Source of the DNA: Klebsormidium nitens | Taxonomy: Eukaryota; Plantae; Klebsormidiophyceae | DNA: 64,000 nucleotides | Reading direction: 5' to 3' | Assembly (NCBI GenBank): GCA_000708835.1 | Contig: DF237089.1 | Span: 1-64,000, forward strand | In this document: positions 37,545 through 48,366 of the stretch, piece after piece | Layout of the letters: every line of letters begins with the position of its first letter | Numbering within the stretch: the stretch's first letter is position 1 | The notes under the pieces: model-generated | What the model was told of the DNA's origin: nothing | The model's database searches: none | The model's input: only the letters and a program-made list of their open reading frames with translations | Program-made: the position numbers and the translations under genes

Positions 37545-38932
37545 TTATTCCGGCGGCAGAGGATCCGCCACGAAGTGGTGCAGCTCCGACTCGGGCTTCC
37601 CTAGCAGCTCCCGCCGCGACGCTGCGCACCACCACAGAACGGACCAAGGTCAGGCCGGGCATACGGGAGTTGCGAGGAAAAGCTTTTCGGATCAGTTGCA
37701 TCGCTATTGCTGCCTTATCCAATCGGGCGGTCGACCTTTTTAGTCTGGAACAAACACTGACGGCCTACCTAGGGAGTGTAAAGTTTGTCAGATACCTTGT
37801 TGGTGTCATTCATTCGGAGGGTAAGGTGTGCAGGTATTGCAGAGACCGGTATTTCGGTAAGGAGCTCGGCCCGCCTGGCGTAGAACCTGAGTGTTTAAGG
37901 TCCCTTCCGTCTGATTCTTTGCGCTACGAGGCCAACACCCTCACAAAGTTGGACCACCCAACTACGCCGAACACGGCCCAAGTGTGCCTCTGGTCTCAGG
38001 CGGCGACGGCCTCTCTCAGTGCGGGCAGCACCGGCGAGACGGCCGTCATTCAGAGCCTGGGCAGGCACAGGGCCTCACCTGCGTCCGCGTCCAGCTGCGG
38101 CGTCCTGCCAAACAGCTTGTCCAAGTTGAGCCCGGCAGGGATCCTGCAGAAAAATCAGAAGCTCCGCCGCGTGAGCATGGAGGACGTGGGCATGGAGGAC
38201 TGGCGGACTGCGCGTACGAGTACGTGGCAAGACGAACGGGCTCGCTATCGGCTCACGCCTGCAGCAACTAGAGAGCATCAGGAAACATGAACGCAGGCTC
38301 GACGGCACTTAGAGCGGGCTATGCTGGCACTTCAGTACTAACATGTCAAAGCAGTGTTGCTTGCAGCTGGTTCAAGGAACTCACATGTTGTTTCTGGCCG
38401 CTGCCAGCAACAAGCTATCCGAAGCAAGGGGGCGACCAGCGGCAACTGCACGACGGGTCATGCTGAGGTTTAGCTTAGCTAGGAGAAGGAGTTTGGAGCG
38501 ACGGAGATGGGTACTCTAACTTCGATCGCAACAGCAGAGGAGGGAAGAGAGTCAGCTCAAACAAACCGTCCTTAGACTTAAAGATCGCTTGGATCAAGGA
38601 AGTGACTCCAGCGTTCCCTATATACCACCGTGTAGGGTTTGTTTCGCTTCAACTATTCTGTCCCCATGCAGCCTTACTTCACAGAAGCTTAGTAAAACCG
38701 ACAGCATGTCGAGGGTATCCTGAAAGTAAATGCAGAGAGCTTGCCAAGTATGGGCGTGGCAGAATTTTCAGCTTCTTGGGGCAATGATGAATCCGGGAGG
38801 CCTCGGATGAAGCCCAAGAACTGGAATTAGGAGCAGCGGTCTGGTTTTCTTACCGGGCCGCATAGCGTGTGCTGTGAATAGAAGCATCACGAGAAGCCAG
38901 GGACACACAGCAGCGCAGGAGCGTGCCGCCAT
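37545..38932 (-). CDS. Small secreted protein / peptide-precursor-like gene (93 aa, 4 coding exons)
   Basis: Exons (minus) 38932-38854, 38445-38385, 38143-38079, 37621-37545. Donors GTAAG/GTGAG/GTGAG, acceptors TGCAG/TGCAG/CGCAG, phases 1/2/1 all match, 282 nt total. Protein: MAARSCAAVCPWLLVMLLFTAHAMRPVAAGRPLASDSLLLAAARNNMIPAGLNLDKLFGRTPQLDADAASRRELLGKPESELHHFVADPLPPE. Confidence 0.7.
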
Positions 38933-41541
38933 TAGGCAATGCTCAGGTGCCGACCCCGGTGAGTCTGTCAAAGGCGTTAGTGTATGCAGTTTGAGGACCC
39001 AACCAGGCAAGAGCGTTCGGTGAGAGAACGTAAGCGAACCGCTGATACTAACTGCTAATAGGAAGACCCACGGAGGTGCTAATCGAAGAGTTTCAAGGCT
39101 CCAGGTAGACCATAAGATGATGTCTCTCAACGTGTCTCAATCTTGCTCGGTAGCAGGGCCCTACTAGCACTTCGAGAAGGCAAGCTCAACCGATGGGTTT
39201 GCTTGAACCTCGGTCCTATAATTGGCCCGGAATGTGGTCTTTGAATGCGATCCAAAGATCCGAAATAGTGCTAATTCAGTAGTGGCGTCGGCGCTCCTTG
39301 AAATGCTGAATGTTTGGTGATGACGAGAGACCAAGCAATAACAATGAGTCCTGCCTGGCAAACGCGGAGGCGCCCGAGCCCTCTGAGTCGATGAACGACG
39401 AATCTGCAATGCTCTTTAATCAAGCACCGCTTTGAGTTTTATATTCGTCGTGATACTTTGAATCATGTACAGGTTGACAGGTGGCCGCCCAGCATTGCAG
39501 TAGCACCACAAGCAGTGGAGCAGTGCAACGCAAATAGCATTTCATTCTTTGAGACTTCCTGCGAATCTCTGATCCTGACGGGGCCTAAGAACTTGCAGGC
39601 AATCAGTTACTGTTGGTCCGGCTCCGTAATACTAGTTTGCCGCGTCGTGAGAATGTCAAATGGTGCAGAGTCGCAGCCAATACTGAGGTATTAGTGTTCA
39701 AGTCATGTGTTCAAGTGTTGGAGAAGCTTCATCATATCATCATGACCAGTCACGCAGCCGCATGCAGTAGCAACAAAATGTCCCAAGCGCATTGCATACC
39801 CATTGCACAGGCCCGCCTGACTCACAGCCGGTGCTGAAAACGCAGGCGGACGCTGGCGAGGGGAAGGGGGGGGGAAGGAGGAAGTTTCAAATCAGTTGGG
39901 AGCCGCCTGTTAATGCATGTAGTAGTGCGGGCTGGCAGGGATCTAGATGATGCATTGAATGGCACCCGCCTGGTACGCTTAGTCTGCACTTAATGGTCAG
40001 CAGTTTGTCCAAATCGATTTGATACAGTAAGTCTATACGGCGTCGATTACCGCGCCCGATCATAGCGAAAGAAACCATCGAGTATGGAGCGGATCTTCAA
40101 GAGTGGTTGCAGTGCAGCCCTCCCTGCTGCAACTGCCATTTATCTTGCGAGCCTTCTTGCGAAGCCCATCGACGGAATGGTAATGACATATTTTTCTCTT
40201 GGACAATGCAAGCCGTCCGATCGCTCCTCCATCTCGAGTACTGCCGGCCGGCGCCGGCCAACTTGAATACGCCGCCGAACTGCCAAAGTCCACAGTCGGC
40301 CGACACTGGTTTACCAGCTACTCCATGTTGCTCTCTTTTGCCCTGGCATTGACCAATTGAATAAGGTTGGGCCATGACTTGATCATTGAATCGCTTGGGC
40401 ACTGCTTGCACATGGTCCAACTGGCTGCGAGCCTCTGTTCTTCTGTCCTGCGGCATGGTTTGCAAAGACTGCAGAAGCTGCCTGAGTTAGTGTCAATGCA
40501 ATAAACTATCTGAAAGTTGACCAACCCATCATCCGAGTCCATGTCCGACATGAATCATGTGAAGCATGCCGGCATATCAATCACCTGTACTCATGCAGCG
40601 TGTTCGCCGAATATGGTTCTCATTCAAAATGTTTTCCATTTCTCTTTGCTTTGGCGCCAGCATTGGTTGCATGTACATAGTGACGTGTTACGTTGCAAAG
40701 TGCATGCATGATGCATGATCAACAATAAAGAGGCTCGCTATGGCGATAGCTGCATGCAGTGAGATTAAGGTGTGACTCGGAGAGTCCACCCTGAGCTGAG
40801 ACTGATGATAAGCTCACCGTTAGTATGTACAGTCTTTCATCACAGCATCAAGCTGCTCCATATACAGCAATCTGCAGACATGCCATGTTGGCTTGCAAAA
40901 ATGAGTGCATGCCAGAGGATCCCATGGGGTTTTTTTATTGTAGGTTTGCTGCTTTGTTGTTGACTCGGAACGATGCTACAGCCGTTCAATGTCAGCCGCG
41001 GCACGTGCACTCATGAAACCTCCCCATCGATCGTACCGGCATCAATGTTTTAAGCAACCTTGACAATTGACAGGGGCTTGACGGCATGCGCATTTGCCAA
41101 ATGGATTAGCAAGCCAAATATGCATCAACATCAGAACTACTCGATTCGCTGAAAAACTCATCTCGTTCTTGCTAGCTGGTCTCCTCGGGAGACATGTGGC
41201 CGAGAGAGTTTACGAGCCAGGCAGCTAGACAGCAGGCAAGAACGGGCGATTACACAAGCATGTTGTCCTGCCGGATCAGTTTATAGTCCCAAGAAAAAAA
41301 GGTATGTCTCACTTGTCTACACAACTAAGAGCCCCGAAACGGCTTTTTGAGTCTCTATATCGGTCACACGCTTGCTGCGGTCACTTTGGACTTCACGCAG
41401 AGCATCCAAACCTGCTGGACACCGAGAGTCCTTGGGCTGTCAACACGACGAAGCACATCCAGAACCACCTTCCTTCGCTGCTTCATTCTCATCGATTTCT
41501 AGCACGAGGTAGGCCCTGTCGATACATATTGCTGACCACTA

Positions 41542-44500
41542 TTACCGAGGACCGTTACTGTGATCCCCATTGGCCCCGTTCTGCCGCCCCTCCCGGGCTG
41601 TCCCGGAGTCGGGTGTGTCCACCCGGCCATCCCCGGTCTGCTCCGCATCGTCCACCATGGGCGGCCGCACGGCAGATTCGAGATCACCGTCGTTCAACAC
41701 CTGCGCCAGCCACACAAAGTCGGCAATCATCACGTGGGCGCTCAGTGAAGACAGCCCTTGACACATAAGCCCAGCTTCCTCAAAGCAACGCTGATGTGGG
41801 AAAAAGTGTCTTTGAAGTGTCCAAACTGGACGATCCCTCCTTCAGCTTCTTGAGGACACGCAAGTGTCGATTGCGGCTTTGCAGGATCGCAGCCTGAACA
41901 GTGCGTCACCCTGTGAGCGCCACCAGCTCGGAACTTGCAATCACCATTCTCCAGCCAACCAGACTTCCGCGCTCCCCTTAGCAAATGCAAACTATACGAG
42001 TTACTGTCCGCCTCGTGCTGTCAAATGCTGGCCCGTTTGGTTATGAGAAGCCGAAGCTTCACAGGAGTACGGGGCTTGAGACACAACCACCGCTTCGCGC
42101 TCAGCCATAGTTCCGGCATAAAAGCCAGGGCATAAGCAACAGCACTTGAGGCGCTCACAGATGCGTACCAGCCCAATCACGATGCACCCACACACAGCGC
42201 GCGCATATCTGTCGACGGCCGCTCGGCGGACTCACCTGCTTGACCCCCGACTCGTCGTCGTCCTCGTCGGACGGCTGCTGGCCCGCGCTCTTGGCGGACT
42301 CGCCCTGCTTCTTGGCGAACAGGCCGTCCGCGTGCACCAGGGTCAGCACGGACCCGATCGCGCTGTGCACCGGGTTGGCCTCCTCCTCGGGGGCGTGCTG
42401 CGCCTTGGCGCGCTTGGCCCAGCCCTTGAGGTGGTGCTGCACGTGGTCGCCGAAAATGGTCAACCGAGTGGTCGACCCCATCTGCAAAAGAGCACGCGGG
42501 GCGGTCAGGGCAGCGGAGCGCAGCCAGCCTTTGCAGTCGTCAGAACCGCGCATCCAAACAAGAGTGCGCGGACTTGTCTGCACTGCTTGGGAAGGAGGCT
42601 CTAGGTGCAGCTCCAAGCAGGATAGCAAACCAGCCATGCCTTCGTATTGAAGCTTCCTCCAAGTTTGAAGACACCAGCAGACGCCGTCGAACGGAAAGAA
42701 GGACGGACGGCAAGAGAGAGGGCAAGCAAACTCCTACTCAACAGTTCGACCTATGCCTCCGGAAGCTATTTCCCTGCACAGGTCGCGGTTCATCCAACAA
42801 ATATGGACGACGCTGCGCAAGATGCTGGCGTGAGAGGGCGAGTACGGACCTGGGACACGAGGGCGTACGCGGGCAGCGTCACCCAGCTGGTGAACAGAAT
42901 CAACGTCACACTGCGCAACACAAAGAGCAAGTCAAGCGGTTCAATGCGATGGATAACTGCACAAGAGAGCTTGCTCAGTGACAACAGGAAGCGGCCGCAT
43001 CCACGGGCTACATCGAGGACGAGACGCAGCAACGCCAGCATCTTGCATAGGCTGAAGGCCAGGAGGGGTTAAAGGCCTGGGCTAGCCTGATCGACTGGAG
43101 CGGTTGGACAGAACGCAGCAGCACGAGCTGCCTTCCCGGAGGGACAAGAGAGCCTTGGCCAATTTAAGCACAGGAGGGCCACACGGCAGCACCCAACTCC
43201 CCTTGGCATACACAAGAAGTCGCTTACCTAATCACCACCCGCAGGTAGGAGAAGGGTCGGTTGTAGAAGTAGCACGAGTTGACCCCAAAACTCCACTGCA
43301 CATCGGCAGGCCCAGCGCAATCATCCAGCAACGCCAGGCAAGGAGCAATGTAGTGGCCCTCATTCTCAGCAAAACACGCAGCTTTGCTGAGCGAAGCCTT
43401 ACAGTATACACATGGAACAAAGAGCCGTCGGCCGTGCGAGCGGCAGCCTGCGCACCAGAGCACGCTGCTGCTAATGGTGCACGAGTGGCGGATGGGGAAG
43501 GGCTTAGCTCACCGCATAAAAGATGATGCTGGCCAGTTGGAACGAGTTCTGCACGAGCATCACAGTACCAGCGTCAGCGCTGCGCGGCCGGCAAATGTCC
43601 TGACAATCTGACGCGCTGAGCTCTCAGACGGCCCTGCTTTTTGGGGCGACCACGGGCACGAAGCACCAGGCAGAGATCAAGGCCACACAAATGCACATCG
43701 CTGCTGAATGACCCGCCAGCAAGTGATTCGCAGCAGGCAGAGAGGACGTGGGACATGTTGTCATGGGGGGAGGCGACGAGGTCTTCAGCCATGAGCACGA
43801 CCGTGCAGCAATTCCAGGGTTGGGAGGTGGGCCTCACGGTGAAGAGCGTGAAGTGCATGAGGTTGAGCATGATGCTCGGGCGCTGGAACCAGAAGAGCGA
43901 GTTGCGCGGCCGCAGGTGCGCGCCGACGCAGGGGCCCATGCGCTCCACGTCAATGTCGCGCGCGAGCACCTGCACCACGCGCGCCAGCTTGGCGCCCACC
44001 AACAATATGATCTGCACCGCAGAAAGAGGGGAGGGGGTGCTGAGAAAAACCTTACAGCTTAGAAGGTAAAGTGGGAGCGGGAAAGGCGTCTTCCGCCGTT
44101 GAGTTTTCCTCGCCAATTGGCCCACGGAGATCGACAGAAGGGTGGACGGGAGTGTGCAGGAGTACATGCCCACAGTCTCGAAGATTGTGCAACCCTCAAC
44201 CTAAAACCCTAAAAAGGGAGCTGGCACCGCTGCCGCATTCTTGTCCATAAGTACAGAGAGTGGATGGGGAGTTCTCGATAGAAAAATCGGTTGTAACGGA
44301 GCCATTGTTTTGAAGACGCGAACCAGATGTTGGTGGCATGAAACATGATGATGCGAAGGGGGCACGCCAGTCGGCGGTGGCGCTGACCATGACGAAGATA
44401 TCGGGCAGCCAGAAGACGATGTGGCCCTGCGGGATGTCGAAGATAACGAAGAAGACCACGAAGAGCCACATGAACGGGGTCACGCCCACCTGCACGCACC

Positions 44501-47500
44501 GGCCGCAGCAGCATCACGGGAATTGCGGCTTCCAAAGAAATGTTAATGACGAGCCACTGCGTTGTCAGTTGGGCTGTCATCTGTGAACCGGGGAGGAAAT
44601 AGAGGAGCATGACCAAGTCGTGTCGGAAGATCTACTGGAGCTCTTGAGGTTGTTTTGACATCGTTGCGGTTGCCCTCGTAAGCCTTCCCAGGACATACGA
44701 CCACTTCAGCTGTGTTACAGCACTGCAAATCGAGCACAGTCCATGCGTGGCTGGTGCGCATTGACTGCCTGCGTGGACGGGAGGTGTACACGGGAGCCAC
44801 TCTGCTCACCACATGGCTGTAGTCGGCCTCCAACGACCGCAGCAGAAACTTGTGGAAGGCAAAGCCATCGTGGCTCAGATTGTGGTACTGCACAGAAGAA
44901 GGGTCCAAATGGGGTCAGGGAAAAAAGGGTCAACAGACTTCCGCATCAGTGATTGACACAACAGACGTACGCATCAGTGATTGACAAAGTTGACGACACA
45001 CCTGCAGCCAACATGGGCTTGCCGGCCCTGGTATATGCAGTCAGCCTCATAGCGTGTTTTGCACAAGACTGCCACAGCCCCGTGCAAGCTACTTGGCTTA
45101 TCAACAGACTTTCAGCTCACCGTGCAGAAGGCGATGCGCAGGGCCTTGTAGTCAGCCTTGGCGACTGCCTGAGTGAAGGACTTGAGGAAGCAGTGCTGCA
45201 CGGCAGGAGAAACGCGCTGTGTTAAAACCCGAGTAGCACGTCGGATAAGATCACCTTCTTGTGGCGCCTACCTTGTTCTGTGTTTGTGGAAAAGCAAGCG
45301 AACTGCTGTACAGTCTCATAAGGAGGTCAATGAAGGGAGCCCTTGCAACTTGTCGATTCTAGCATCCAACAATCTTCTAAGGCCCCCTTCTGGAAGATTC
45401 CTCAAGGAGGAGGCGGGAAGGAGTTCGCAGGCAATCTTGGGGCTGCCTCACCGCCCAGTCCAAGATCCAGATGCCCGCCTTGGCGCTATGCCGCTGCTGG
45501 AATGTGGACACGCGCGTCAGGTCCTTCTTCTGGCCTGCACAACCCGCAGGGGCGCGGCTCAGGCTGGGCGTTGGATTGAAGGCAGAAAACAAAGACCAGT
45601 ATTGTCTAGCCAGAGGAGTGCAAAGGCAACGACCAAAGGCAGCTACGCCCCCGCTCACAATTTGCAAGGGCGTTGATCCCAGATGCACTGAAACCTCGTT
45701 TCTTAGGGGGGGGCCACATTGGGTGGGCAGGAGAATCGGAGATAGTATCTACGCCAGAATTAGCCACACGTTTGGGCTTCCCCAACATGGGTGCCTCCTC
45801 AGTGCGCAGCGGCAGTGCCGCGCACGTGCCATGACCGTGAGGGCACATCCAGCCGTCTACAAACACAGCGGCAAGGGAGGGCGAGGCAGCCTGCTTGAGC
45901 CGGGTGGAGATCAGGCAGATTCAATTCTGATGTCTGAAGGGGCATCGACAAAAATCATACTTTGGCCGGCATAGTAGGCACGAGCTTCCCTGACGGCCTC
46001 CTCCTCCCACTTGGCCCACCGCTCCACCTGCATACAGGCCACGCAGCATCAGCCACAGCCAGACTGGCCTCACTATGCGGCAGCCATTGAAACACAAGAA
46101 TGCGCCAAACCAGCGCCAGTTATATTACATGTTTGTGTCTGACATTTTACAAGGAATGCAGACTGCTTTTACCGCTATGCGTGCATTGATAGCCGAACGA
46201 TGCTGGTGCCACTTGACGTGACTGCATCTTCCGCGAGCTTTCATTGACCCTCTTTCTCTGCCTTCTGTCACGGGCTTGACCACCAAGAGAGAGACAGGGG
46301 TCCTGGTTGCCAACTTGACAAAGCACAATCTCCGCTCACCCATTCCAAAGATGTCATGCTTTTCTTAGTAGCAAGTACATTCAAATAAAGAAAAGAATGG
46401 TCCAGGCTTCCCCTTGTTTCAGGGTCTCTATGGCGCCCACCTTGATATACGCGAGGGACATGACAACGCAGCTGTACAGGATGTGAACGCCCGCCAGCAC
46501 GAAGATGAAGGTGTGGATCTGGTGCATTGCCTCCACGCCAATGAACGGAATGCGCCCCTGCAACACCACACATCACAGACGCTCACTACGGCGCTCCCTT
46601 CACCTGCTTCCTCTTTGCTCAATGCCTGAGGCCCTCAACTTGAAGGCATGTTTGAAGAGCGACCTTCTGTGAGGGTGAATCTAGCTTCTGCAAGGGACAG
46701 GCGATATGGCACTGCAAATCTTCTGATAGGAATCTTTGTGCCATGCTTCCGCACAAAGAGTTTCGCAAAAGCATCCTTTCTGTGCACTGACCTCTGGGCA
46801 GGTGGAGGCTGATTCTGCGAGGAGGCGCCGGCGGTGGCCTGCCTCGGTGGTGTTGCCCAGGAGGGCCTCCGTCTCCGGCAGCTCCTCAGGGTTGCATAAG
46901 AGGAAGGTGCGGCGCGTCGAGGTGATGGGCACGCAGATGCCGGCAAACGACGCCTGGAACACGGTCAGGAACAGGCTGATAAATCCCAGCAGCATCAGCT
47001 CTGCAAGGACAACATAAAAGGGGGGCGCTGAATACGGGGTCGAGCAGTGACAACGCACAGGGAGCCAATGTTGGCCGAAAGGGTTTTGTCAAACAAGAAG
47101 GGCAAAATGGGCGCACATTCTGACATGAAAATGCAGATTCAGGCACTGAAGTAGCAAGTCATGTGTTCAAGAACACTTCCCGGTTGGACAAGGAGACAGG
47201 GGCAAGTCACGGCAAGGCTGTTCATCTAAGAAAGGCTCACCCTCTTTTATGGACTCAAGAGCTTGCAATAGTTGCTTGTTCTTCGTTTTCTTGAAGTACT
47301 GCAAGAAGGAAGACAGCATTCATTTAGGGCAATTGCGAGAGTTGGGGACACCTGTCAATGATAGCTCGTCAAAAGCAGCAAGCGCGACAAGTACTCCGCT
47401 GAGAACACTAACAAGCGGGCACATATGTTGAGAGGATCTTTCCCCCCCTTTACAACATTCGCTTTAAATCAGAAATTCAAGTACTCAGGCAGAGGCTTCC

Positions 47501-47736
47501 TCACATTTTTGAGCATCAGTGGCCACCAACAGAAGCTGGTGGGCACCCTGCTGACCTATGATTATCTGAGAAGGGCGTTTGTCGTGAAACTCTTGCACAA
47601 TGCTCACTTCACAGCTCACCTTTCCAAGATAGTGGATGGACCGCTCGATGATGAGGGACACGGCCACAAAGATGCCAATAATTGTCCCCGAGCCGTAGCT
47701 GGGGGTATTGAGCATATCCGGCCCCGAGCACACCAT
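41542..47736 (-). CDS. MLO: MLO-family seven-TM protein (~549 aa, 15 exons)
   Basis: Exons (minus) 47736-47620, 47298-47241, 47000-46792, 46557-46441, 46027-45961, 45534-45452, 45195-45121, 44887-44810, 44489-44388, 44011-43838, 43548-43513, 43295-43228, 42910-42850, 42481-42236, 41700-41542; total 1650 nt. Motifs: ALESIKEELMLLGFISLFL, MHQIHTFIFVLA, KADYKALR, FHKFLLRSLEADY, FWFQRP, TLPAYALVSQMGS, CaM-binding-like IFGDHVQHHLKGWAKRAK. Confidence 0.95.
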
Positions 47737-48366
47737 GGTGCCCGCTTGTTAGAAACCCTGAGGCTGACGAGTAGGAAAACAAAAGACTGTGGCACAGACA
47801 GCAGCCGCACAGGGCCCAACTCCCCAGCTCTCAAGAAACACCAAATCTGCCTTCCTAATGCACCTTACAAAGCACGCTTCAATCCTCACCACCCTCCTTA
47901 TCACACGAGCTAGCTCAGCAGAAATCCACCCAATAGTCCCTGCTGGCGTGACTTTAACAGCATCAGATGCTGTGCCAATGCCAACGCCGATGCGACCAAT
48001 GCCACCAATGCCAGTCCCAGGCAATTGCAGAGGAGTGGGCCGCAGATTCCGTCACTTTCCGCCAGTTTCCCTCATGTGCAGCCTGCAGTGCTACGGGAAA
48101 CGTAAGCATACCGCAGCTGCAATGTCGACATCCGGACTCAACATTCACATGTCAACTTTCCGGAAGAGCGGCCGAAACGGAATCCGGCAAGTCCGGCAGA
48201 AAGCCTGTCCGGTTCCGCTCGTAGGACGTTCCGTTCTTCCGGCCAGTCCGTTGTTTAATACAGCATGCTGCATGTCTCTCTCGTTGCTCATCGTTGACGA
48301 TTCGAGCATGCAAAAACATTATTAATATTTCAATCAGATTCACAACGCTAAGCAACAAGCAGCATT
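47737..48366. promoter_or_regulatory. Divergent (head-to-head) promoter/5'UTR region shared by MLO and PPD6
   Basis: 630 bp lie between the opposite-strand start codons. The region holds three CCAATG copies (~47975-48010) and a CCGG-rich imperfect palindrome (48160-48242). Confidence 0.55.

Noticed and set aside
37529-38290. 253-aa plus-strand ORF as a TilS 3' exon or a separate gene
   Set aside because: Its GC-rich parts are better explained as antisense to exons 3-4 of the small minus-strand gene, which have consensus splice sites. No TilS motif is clear, and TilS can end at 36287.
38678-38721. Exon-like segment on the minus strand (DTLDMLSVLLSFCE) within intron 1 of the small gene
   Set aside because: It is open only in phase 0. 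Inclusion at this phase-1 junction introduces a stop.
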